DNA of 16,946 nt, taken from contig NW_021825022.1 of NCBI RefSeq assembly GCF_006345805.1, positions 1 to 16,946 of the forward strand, written 5' to 3'. Source of the DNA: Octopus sinensis (lineage: Eukaryota). The first letter of the stretch is position 1; the number at the start of each line of letters is the position of its first letter. Positions 1 to 9,129 of the stretch are shown here, in pieces. The notes beneath the pieces were generated by a model, which was not told the DNA's origin, searched no databases, and was given only the letters and a program-made list of their open reading frames with translations. Made by a program: the position numbers and the translations under genes.

Positions 1-655
1 TCCTACAAAATGACGACAAATGAGACCATCATAGCTGAATCAAATGCCCCCACAAGAATGTAGTCAACCACAGACTTGGCGTTTATTCCCCACACAGCGG
101 CAGGGGACACACCTTCGTCCACCACACTACCCGTCTCGACTGGTGAAATAGACTGCTCCAACTAATTGATTGGACACAATCACCAACTTCAATTGGAAAG
201 TCAATATCATCGACATCCCATCCCTCATCATCCAATAGTGTCTTCTCAACGTCACTCTCTTCTAGACATGGCCAAATGACCAGTTACTGTCAAAATCCAA
301 ATTCGCGTCATTCCCCCAAGCAGACACATCCCCCACGACCTCTTCTGGCTCATCACATTTAAGAAGGGCGTCTCCAATCACTGACGTCGATGCATATTGT
401 GGCCAATTGGAAGTAAGAGTTATCAAGGGAGGAGAGGGGAGAATTAGAGGGGGTGAATCATCCACGGGAGGCACTTTCTCTATCAACTGAGACACCTCTG
501 TCAATCCATTTCGTCCCATTGACGTTAAGCCCTCGATCTGATTTCCCGTGAACAAGAGATTTCGTCCCATTGACGCTGGACAGATTGAGACTTGGGCAGC
601 TTCGAGCCAAACTGAGGCTCTCACAGACCACAGGCGGCAGAGTAATCGTCAGACA
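1..655 (-). pseudogene. COPA: Internal fragment of coatomer subunit alpha gene; disrupted, non-processed
   Basis: Manual translation gives ...PPLILPSPPLITLTSNWP...VSAWGNDANLDFD...DDEGWDVDDIDFP...GVSPAAVWGINAKSVVDYILVGAFDSAMM. This parallels alpha-COP (LLQPPAPIMPLDTNWP...GWGEDAEL...GWDVEEDLELP...[29 protein letters not shown], from memory). Two -1 frameshifts, a 51-nt in-frame insertion, and a 24-nt GT-AG intron at 3-26. The 5' side abuts a LINE RT fragment; that boundary is approximate. Confidence 0.8.
508..575. repeat. 17-nt direct repeat (508-524, 559-575) flanking a 34-nt insert
   Basis: ATTTCGTCCCATTGACG occurs twice exactly. Spacer 525-558 is TTAAGCCCTCGATCTGATTTCCCGTGAACAAGAG. Confidence 0.95.
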
Positions 656-956
656 ATTTCCGTTCGGGGAGGTTTCCTTTTTCTTTACACCATCTTGCAA
701 TCTTATCAATATGACCAAGAGTTATTTTCCATGATATTGATTTGCTCATGGAAAGATCTATAAGTAAAATATCATCTTCATAAATGACCATCTCCATGTT
801 AGGATGATCCACTTTGGGAATGTCACACATCTTATAATTAAATAAAAGTGGATTGATGACAGATCCCTGTGGAACTCCTCTCATAAGAGAAATTTTCCTC
901 GACAATTGGTTTTCGACGCGTATGAATTTTTCTCTTCCCGAGAGGAAACTCTTCAT
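656..956 (-). mobile_element. Non-LTR retrotransposon (LINE) reverse transcriptase fragment, inactive
   Basis: ORF 621-956 contains SFLSGR...RGVPQGSVINPLLFN...IYEDDILL...IARWC, the GVPQGS and YADD-region motifs of LINE RT. The catalytic motif reads YEDD. Truncated on both sides. Confidence 0.9.
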
Positions 957-1924
957 CCAAAGTAAGGCTGTCTTTTCATAATTATTTTAACGTGGATCAT
1001 TTTTTATAGCGCGGTGTCAGTGTTATGACATTTTCGCTCGGTTTCATTCTTCGCTCGCGAATTGTTACTTTGACAAATAAAAAATATTTTTATTTAAAAC
1101 TATTATTTCCCACAATTTCCCACAAATCAGATTTTTTGTGGAGACACAACTGTTTTTTATCCAGAAGTAAATTTAAAGCTAGTCTCAAAAAATCATTTCT
1201 TTTATTTGTTCAAAAAAACACAAGGAAAATTAAATTATAACGATTTTAGACCAACAAAATAAATTATTTTCCTTTGTTGAGATTCGGGATACCTCTTAAG
1301 ATTAGTATTGACATATTTGAATTGCAAACATCGAATATGTTGAGGTTTTGGGTATTCATCGAGACTGACAGAGCTCGGAGATGTCCTACCATTCCACCAC
1401 AAGATATGCATCTCCGGGGATGATCATTATAGTAAAAGAACGATCCCTGTTTGAAAAGAGGTTTAGTGCTTTTTAGAATTTGAATCTCAAGGATATCAAA
1501 GGTAGATTATATAGTCGAGCATAACACTGATTTCTGTTAATTGTTGTAAAAGTCTTTCTAAAGAATATAATAAATAAAAACAAACTTATCATTGGATCTT
1601 TTTTACGCGATCCAGAAAGAGTTAGAGGTACTATCGCAAGGGATATCCCCATGCGTCACCTACATAGTTTGGCATTTAATGAAAAAGGAAAATAATTTAT
1701 TTTAAGAAGCGTTTTTCATTATTTTTTATCAGTATAGTCTCAATACTTAGACCATGTAAAAATGATAATGTCACAAGTTTATAAATTTGAAATGAATCAA
1801 TTATTGTCATAAAATTAAATTTTAATTCATCCATGTTAATTCTTTGATTGAGAGGACGAGCTAATAGACAGGCAGTTTCCGCGCAATATCGCGAGCGAAA
1901 TTCGCTGAAAAATAAATAAATTAG

Positions 1925-2095
1925 AGTGTAATTAAGCGCTTTAATCAAACATTGACACAGGGTATGGCAAAACTGGTGGATAAAGAAAGAACTAAAAATT
2001 GGAAACAATTTTCAGACAAAGTAAGCTTTTTCCTATAATACGACACTTCACTTGGCTATCAATGAGATCCCCTTCAAAAAGTTTGGGGGTATTTC
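1925..2095 (+). mobile_element. Degenerate LTR-retrotransposon integrase core fragment
   Basis: With one frameshift at a T-run it reads VIKRFNQTLTQGMAKLVDKERTKNWKQFSDKVSFSYNTTLHLAINEIPFKKFGG. This matches the rve pattern ERFNxTL...W...AYNT..H......PF. Confidence 0.55.
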
Positions 2096-2319
2096 TGGAA
2101 TTAACACGATGATAAGTTTTTTGATTTTTAGCAATTACCTTTCTCTTGATTGATGCACTTATTTAATCCCATTCCTCTGTGAAATTGGGAGGAATGTGGC
2201 ACAAAGAAAATCTTAGGGTCATACCATAAGAAAACCGACAGACCTCCACTATTTTCTTATAGCGGTAAGGTTTTTGCAATCAAGAACGACGTGCGTTACT
2301 GTATGTCGTCCGTCATGGC

Positions 2320-3045
2320 CAGGGGTCAGCAACTTTTTTGTGGCAAAGAGCCACTTTTTACTTAAACAGCAATTAAGCATGATTAAAGAGCCACCATATT
2401 AAAAATATTTTGTAAAGAAAACATGAAAGAAAATTTAAACATAGAAAGTATAAAATAATTAATGCGACGACTGTCCTTGTATCTCATTTGACAGTGGTAT
2501 TAACTCGGGATTTTTAATTTTACCCAAGAATTAAAACTTTCTTCAGTTAGCTGACTCCTCAATTTTGATTTTATTGAATTCATTTCTGATAATGACTTTA
2601 CGCAATTATATGTTGATTCGTTATAATTCCAAATGAGAATTTTTTTAATCGATAAAATGACTCAGGAAGGCTATTCCATGCATCAAATATTAACAAATCT
2701 TGTCTTTATATTTTGTGTTTCTTAACGATTATTTTTATTTAATTCTTACTTCAATTATTGAAGAATATTTGTTCTTTTCTAATTCTTATAATTCGGTGTA
2801 GTTGATTAACTTTTGAGCCCATAATTCCTTACTCTTTAATTCCAGTAATATTATCTTACAATCAGAAATTTTTATTTCAAATGGTGCAAAATTTAGATCT
2901 TCTGTTTTAGCAATAAGAGGAGAAATAACGAACAATAAGGTAGATTTTTCTTTTCAAAATCATGCAATCTGCTTCAATTTTTTTATTTAATTCTGACCTG
3001 TTCTGAAATGATTTGTTTATCAATAAAAGAGTTTCTTTAATATAG
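2320..3045 (-). mobile_element. Charlie/Buster-type hAT transposon remnant (3' terminus plus decayed transposase C-terminus)
   Basis: Terminus CAGGGGTCAGCAACTTTTTTGTGGCAAAGAGCCA begins at 2320. The minus strand gives frameshifted DLLIFDAWNSLPESFYRLKKFSFGIIT...SLSEMNSIKSKLRSQLTEESFNSWVKLK...SNEIQGQSSH* (stop 2459-2461), typical of GTF2IRD2/Charlie transposase ends. The other terminus was not found. Confidence 0.75.
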
Positions 3046-3060
3046 GAAAACTCGCGTAGA

Positions 3061-3180
3061 AAAGTGGAGGAACACCAGAAAGCTTGGATCTATACTTGGC
3101 GACTCAGGAGATATTACATGTCGGAAAATCTTACTTAGCCAAAATAGCACTCAAAAAATTACAATCGATTTTATTAAGAA
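3061..3180 (+). mobile_element. Short LINE (RTE-like) post-RT fragment
   Basis: KWRNTRKLGSILGDSGDITCRK / LAKIALKKLQSIL (one frameshift) resembles the LGS..G...DI.RR..LA..A..KL..I motif that follows RT in RTE-type elements. Confidence 0.5.
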
Positions 3181-3736
3181 CGTGCATTAACTAACTAACT
3201 TTCTCTTGATTTTGTTAATTTTACAATTAACTTTTACATTCTCAAATCTCAATTTATTTAATTTATACAAATTTAGATTGAGATGTTCAGCGTTACTTCA
3301 CTCTGATATTGATAATTGCGAAAAATGTAATTCAATGCGGCACATGGTCGAAAACAATTTCCGCTTCCAACCTCGGTATTTAATTGACGTCGAGCATAGA
3401 AAGAGACCCAAGCGATCGTAATCTTTACAATTGCTTTATTAAAACTAAACTTGAGTTACATCAAAACATTATTTTAACAAAGTAATATGGATTTATTTAA
3501 TGAACATCCGCAACAATCCATTTGACGACATAAACTAAGGAATATGTCTTTGTCAAGGAAATTAATGATCACTCTGATTAGTAATTAAGGATAATTTAAT
3601 AATTCTGGTGGCGTACACAGATCTCACAATCTCCCTAATTCTTAATTTACTATCCTCCACTGTGAGTATTACATTTTGACATCAGACAAGTCAAATTCGA
3701 ATATAAATTTTATTATTTGAATAAATTATTAAATAA

Positions 3737-4487
3737 TTGTACGACTCGGAAAGCAGCACAGATGGGTGGCCTTCACAAATTCTCTACGAAGACATGACCA
3801 ATGCATTCATCCTTCTCCCCCTGTCGAAGAGGACGACTGGAACATCCCCTCAATCCACCTCACCAACATCACCCTTCAATCACACCCAGTCGGACTCCTC
3901 CGTCTGTCCATCAACCCTATTTCCGCTACCGTGGAAGGGACGAGTGATACCCCTCCACTTGCAGAGGACACTGTCCTTCTCCCCCACAAAGACACTCCTC
4001 TACGTTAAAGAAATATTCGGCCTTGTTGAAAAGCCCTCCTATGTGGTCGGTCTGTGTGAGGAAGCTCTCGATCTGATTTCCCGTGGAATAGTTCTCAACA
4101 ACACACAAGTGTTCTGTGTCCCCCAAGACCCCACACTCACTCAATTTGTCTTCAATGTCGACTCCCTTAAACAGTCTCTTCTTGGAGGTCTATTTTAGAA
4201 CACGTGGTTTTGACGCTTCTTGGATTGGGAACACTTAACCACCTCCAGGTTGTTTTATTTAGTCTTATTTCTAGCACTTGGACTACTCTGACGACGAACA
4301 GGAGAAGTGTGCCCGACTCGAGTCTAAACTGGGAGTCAAAAATGAGGAGGCTATACGAATTCGCCAACAAAGGAAACAGAGATTGATCAATCGAAGAAAA
4401 CCCCCCACTATGGGAATGTGGCCTCCTCCTTGGCGATATCCGCCACGATCTGCCTACCCTTACTATCCTTTCTACCCACCATTTTGA
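3737..4487 (+). pseudogene. NAF1: H/ACA snoRNP assembly factor NAF1, disrupted copy
   Basis: Stitched frames: PPVEEDDWNIP...TPPLAEDTVLLPHKDTPL / YVKEIFGLVEKPSYVV...RGIVLNNTQVFCVPQDPTLTQFVFNVDSLKQ | TRGFDASWIGNT*PPP | LDYSDDEQEK...Pro/Tyr-rich tail. This is the Gar1/Naf1 domain plus the DASW...EPPP...DFSDDE motif. Micro-introns at 4174-4198 (25 nt) and 4249-4274 (26 nt). Lesions: TTG at the likely start, frameshifts near 3810, 4000 and 4275, and an in-frame TAA at 4236-4238. Confidence 0.8.
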
Positions 4488-4749
4488 TTTACATTATTTT
4501 ATAAAAGATTAAGACACAGTTGAAATGATCCTACTTTGTCTGATATTTGGAGTATTTCTCTCTCCGTAGGAATAAACTATTAAATCACCTCAGCCTGTAT
4601 AAAACTCATTTCTAAATAATTTTCCGAAAGACAAAAATACTCAAACACTCATTCCATTTAAGAAGTTGTACGTGGTCTTCCTATAGTCTTGTAAGAAACC
4701 AATTCTCTATCTATTATACAAGGTTTTTATTTTTCTTTATTTGTCATTG

Positions 4750-4824
4750 TAGTCTATGAATACGTTTATGTTATTATTAATTCTACTATTCCCACGAGTA
4801 GAAATAGTCTATGAATACGTTTAT
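4750..4824. repeat. 20-nt direct repeat (4750-4769, 4805-4824) flanking a 35-nt spacer
   Basis: TAGTCTATGAATACGTTTAT occurs twice exactly. Spacer 4770-4804 is GTTATTATTAATTCTACTATTCCCACGAGTAGAAA and contains a 7-bp hairpin (TTCTACT/AGTAGAA). Confidence 0.95.
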
Positions 4825-5010
4825 ATTCTATCGACATGTCCACAAAATCTTAGAGAGGATGTTGAAAAAATGGCATAAGCGGAATGCACAAGTTGCGGGG
4901 AAAGCGATATGTGTTAATAATAAATTAAGTAAATAAGTCCACAAAATAAATCAAAGGATAACAGTATTAGTAAAACTAACCCATTAAACCAAGAAGAGAG
5001 TCAATATGTT

Positions 5011-5817
5011 TTATTTCCATGCAGTATACCGCAAGTACTGTTTCTCGGATGGCAGAACTATTGTTCTAATAGCAGTAAAGCGGTTTATGGCTTCTTCATC
5101 ACTCAGAGAAGGAATAATAATACAATCGTCACCTTGCTACAAATATACTAAAGTAATTGTCAACCTTCCAATTAACTGGGGTGGCTAAGGCATGAACATC
5201 AGTCATAATGACAGAATCAATCACTCGTAAGAGCTCACTAAAATATTAAAACTACATAAACCTAACATTCCTTCCAGTAGTAGCCGGATAGAGAATACTA
5301 AGTCTCATGTTCATATTTTTATCAATCAAATAAACCTAAAGATTAGTAAAACCAAGTAAAAATAATTTAATATACCGCACGTGCCGGGAGAGTATTATTA
5401 TCTGGGCCAATTTCTCGAGGGTCCAGCATCCCCAACTGGGTGACAATTTTTCTTTTGGAATCGTCTATTATAGGAAATGGCAAACTCTCTGTTGTTATAT
5501 TTCCATGTAGAAGAATGTCCTAATTATTTGCAGTGGAATTTGAATGTACTTTAATCCATTCTCGGTGGCTCTCCACGGTATCACAGGACAGGCCAATTAG
5601 TTTGACATTTCTTTGTTCAAATTGAATTGACCTTTTTGCTAGTTCAGCCAATTCGGTCGTACAGACCGGAGTAAAATCTCGTGGATGTGAGAAAAATAAA
5701 CACCAACTATATTTATGTATAAAAGTATTACCTTGATCCAATAAAACTGTAAAGATCAAAATCACCCATTGTGGTCTGCAGTTGAAAATTTGGGAACTTG
5801 TCGGACAGACGTAGCAT
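5011..5817 (-). CDS. PRDX6: 1-Cys peroxiredoxin (peroxiredoxin-6), complete, 6 exons, 219 aa
   Basis: Exons 5817-5732, 5706-5550, 5519-5376, 5335-5262, 5237-5165 and 5136-5011. GT-AG introns of 25, 30, 40, 24 and 28 nt splice in frame: [11 protein letters not shown]...[16 protein letters not shown]...LPFPIIDD...LYPATTGRN...ATPVNWK...[20 protein letters not shown] is the diagnostic 1-Cys Prx active site. Confidence 0.97.
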
Positions 5818-6249
5818 TAATAAATTTAACTATTTGTTCTAAATAAAAATTGTCACATTTTAAATATAAAAAAATTATTTCGAATATTTAACAATTTAAA
5901 AAAATGCTTCAGTTTATAAAAGTATTGAGCCTTTGGACTAAACAATGGGCAGTATTCCACATTTTCCCTTTTTTCCCATATAAATTATAAAGCAATGATA
6001 TATCAAAAACTAAGGTTTACACGATTCCTTCTGAGAAGGAGAAGGAAATGTTAAAATTGAGGGTGTTATTCAAAAAATTATAATTATTATAAAATCAAAT
6101 AAATTAATATTTTATAACGTGGTTTTTTTTGGTTTTATAACATCTTTCATACCAATGATAGTTTACAGTAATGATGGCATACGTTTCAATTGAGTTTATT
6201 AAGTTACTGATTAATATCAGTTAGTTATCGATATAAAACTACATTTTTA

Positions 6250-6309
6250 ACCTATGATGACTAACGATGGTCTACTTATGATAATGATGACCTGTAATAT
6301 GACTGAGGC
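6250..6309 (+). ncRNA. Box C/D snoRNA, U35 (SNORD35)/snR73-like, predicted guide for LSU rRNA 2'-O-methylation
   Basis: C box ATGATGA 6254-6260, D' CTTA 6275-6278, C' ATGATGA 6284-6290, D box CTGA 6303-6306. Guide ACGATGGTCTA pairs with conserved LSU UAGACCGUCGU (one G-U pair). The D'+5 base falls on the first C of AGACCG, the U35/snR73 target as I recall it. Confidence 0.7.
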
Positions 6310-6688
6310 TATATTGAGTTAGAGCACTTTTTAAGTAATTTAATTAATCTGTTTATGTTTCCAATGGTATTATATTTACTTAAGCAACTTTGAGCGACTT
6401 TGAGCTGACCCCCAGGCTCTTTATAAATTCGTGAATAACTTACTTCCTGAATCATACCTAATAAATCTATTTATTAAAAAAAAATTCAATTGTATATATG
6501 CTCCTCTTATCTACAACTAAATTCATTTTGGATGACCTGATCGGATAACCATCTTCCCTGTTAAGTGTGGAAAGTCCTTTGTGTGTGACGCGACATCCCT
6601 AGACAACTACGCCCCTACTTTTCTAAATTTCTAATCAGTGAGTTCTGGGTAGGTTTCTACTGTCGTGTAAAATATGTATCTTTTAATA

Positions 6689-6804
6689 GTGGCATTGGCA
6701 AGTCTCCACTTGTAGTTTTGTCAGAAATTGGGGAATGGATCTTTATTAAGGCGAGACCAGCTGGTTATTCCGAGGAATTTTATTTGCCATCTACCAAAAC
6801 ACTT
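6689..6804 (+). ncRNA. Possible box H/ACA snoRNA (SNORA8-like first pocket)
   Basis: Hairpin with lower stem TGGCA/TGTCA, upper stem CAAGT/ACTTG, and pocket strands TTGG and TAGTTT. These fit SSU rRNA AAACUA-UG-CCRA. A second imperfect hairpin and ACA+3 nt (6799-6804) follow. The H box is non-canonical (AGAAAT) and too close to the pocket. Confidence 0.3.
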
Positions 6805-6955
6805 TTAAGCAATCTTTTATCTTCTAATTAATATAACCGATAATTTCTATTTTTAAGTTTATTGATATGTAAAACGTATCAAATAACTAATTTATTAATT
6901 AGCCTTATAAAGACAAGTGTATATCCTAATTTATTTGGCATAAATGAAACTACAA

Positions 6956-9080
6956 TCAGGAATAAATAAGCGGAATGTCATTAAAGAACATTACTGGAGC
7001 AGTTTTGAGTAAATCATGTGCATGTAGATAGCAACTCGAAGCCTTCTCATAATCACCGGTCGATTCGAGGACCTTTCCAAGTAATCCCCTATTAAGTACT
7101 GCTAAAATAATGAAAACCAGGATCTATGCTCAAAAGGATCCACCTTAATGGCCTCCCTAAGATAGTTTTCTGATTCTGAAAAAAGTTCAATTTCATAATA
7201 TGGCAAACCCTAAAATTAAAAAAATATATAACCAGTTCATAAAGAATGTCAAAATTCCTTGGATCAACTGCGCTCAACGTTAGAAACCACTCGAGAGCCA
7301 AATCGTTCATTTTTGTAGCACGCAAAAATTTAACTTTCTTTAAAATATTTTTATCGCTAATTTACCATAATTTGTAGATTTAAAGAGTTTGGAGATATAT
7401 TATGTGCTTCAATTAAACATAGCTTCACATCTTCGAGCTTATCCAGTCCAAGAAAAATTTCAGCTTCAATTTTAAAAAACAATTTACCAGTTCGTAACCA
7501 AATTTTGAATTCGTCAGGATCAGACTTACACCATTCTCTGTTATTGCAATAACAATTCGCCACATTTAAAAAATCGTCCAAATTTAAATCGAGGTTTGTT
7601 TCTTTGCATGTGTTTCCATTTTCTTGTTCTGTAACAAATTCCGACTTTCCCGGACTATTTTTCTCAAATTCAGAAAAGTTACATTTTGGTCAACATTTTA
7701 CCACACGTTTGCAAAGCCGAACTAAAATCACCCAACTCGGACTCGATGCAACTCTTGATCAGGAAAAAGCTTAAATAAACGTCAAATTGAGTTCTACTTT
7801 GATGAGGACGGATATTGCATTAAAGAACTCTCCACACATTGGATGGCTGCTCCATAGTCTTTAGAAGCAGTAAAGAGCAACACCAAAAGAGTCAAAGTAG
7901 TCTCTTTATGCCAATTAAGTCTGATAGCTAATTTGCAATAATGAAGAGCTCTATCAATCCTCCTTTCTAGGGCGTAGTAAAGTGACAGGTGAAATGCAGG
8001 AAGATAGTCACGTGGGTCAGCTTCATAAGACCTAGAGGAAATCAGAATACCGGATTTGTACCTGTTCAAAAAATCTAACGCAGCGGATAGGTGAGTAGAA
8101 GATTGAGAAAAAATTTCCTGTCTTCTGGAAATCAGAACGTGATAGAGACCACAATAAAGTAAGGCACGAGAATGAAAAGGAGAAGAACCGTCACACAGAT
8201 CTAATAGTTGTTTAGTATAATCCTCAAGTTTTTGGTCAATCGGCTATATTTATGTATTGAAATTATTTACCAATGGACAATGTGGGTCAAAATGTATACA
8301 AATAATGTGTGTAAGAGTATCGATGTCTCCGGGGACAAGAGAATTACAAACTTTGAGAAAATGATAACATTGTTTGTACTAATCAATAAAAAATAAATGT
8401 TTACTTTTTTTTCTTGGGCCAGTGTAAATGCAAATTGCCGTAAGGGATAAAAATCCACGAGACAGTATTTAAGAATGTCCCACAATGCCTGAAATAAACT
8501 GAGAACAAAAAACTGAATTGAGTCTACAGGGAGACGATAACTGCCCGAACAGTAGACAATAATAATTCGCCAATTTGACAGTTTTGGGGGATATTTCAAT
8601 CTGGGAATCGGCAAGCTGTAAATTTAGACAAAAATATGTTCACCAGTAATGGTTTCATTAATTTTTGATAGACGCTTATCAAATAGCAAAGTTCCTCTTC
8701 CCGATTTAAATCAAGGAGACTAAAAACCTGTAATAAAAGCATAAATACGTGGATTGGGATAGATTTGTGTCCCCCAACTCAGAAATAGACTCGGAAACAG
8801 ATTCGTAGTTATCAGATGTGGTCTCATGAAATAAAAAATCAAAGTATCGTTCAATTATACTCTGTTATGTTAATTCATCCAACTTTACCTTGTAAAAATT
8901 GGTCGATTTCTCAATGTTGTCTACAACTAGCAAATCTCTGAAAGCTCTTATGGCTTGTTTGGAACAGAGGGACTTGGAAGCGATTAACAAAACGCATCCA
9001 GGAGAGGGTGGGACAAGCGAGATAACTTTACTCACGTTATTTTGCGGTGTGCTTATTAATAATAATAAGGAAGCAAACAA
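6956..9080 (-). CDS. TTC7: Tetratricopeptide repeat protein 7 (TTC7/Ypp1 family, PI4KIIIalpha scaffold); 5' end not located
   Basis: Thirteen GT-AG introns of 23-30 nt (e.g. 8862-8888, 8032-8061, 7464-7487, 7089-7117) splice to one open frame: AIRAFRDLL...EEELCYLIS...SRALLYCGLY...RSYEADPRDYLPAFHLSLYYALERRI...IWLRTAEIFLGLDKLEDVKLCLIEA...SENYLREAIKVDPFEHRSWGLLGKVLESTGDYEKASSCY...APVMFFNDIPLIYS* (TGA 6956-6958). This is colinear with the TTC7A/B C-terminal two-thirds. No start codon or N-terminal exons were recognised. Confidence 0.9.
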
Positions 9081-9129
9081 AAATCAATTCTTAAAATTAG
9101 TGTAAACGCACTTTGCACGTTTTTGTTGT

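Noticed and set aside
1260-1700. Possible spliced gene on the plus strand (…KLIIGSFLRDPERVRGTIARDIPMRHLHSL…)
   Set aside because: Intron-like units exist, but I could not build a consistent frame or recognise a family.
2226-2260. 9-bp inverted repeat ATAAGAAAA/TTTTCTTAT with a 17-nt loop
   Set aside because: AT-rich and isolated, with no TSD or second copy; expected by chance.
4236-4238. TAA at a conserved Glu in NAF1, suggesting stop-codon reassignment
   Set aside because: PRDX6 and the hAT transposases end in TAA at the expected positions, intact genes have no internal TAA/TAG, and this NAF1 copy has other lesions.
6150-6215. Additional C/D-like boxes (ATGATGG...CTGA)
   Set aside because: Degenerate C box and no convincing rRNA complementarity of 10 nt or more.
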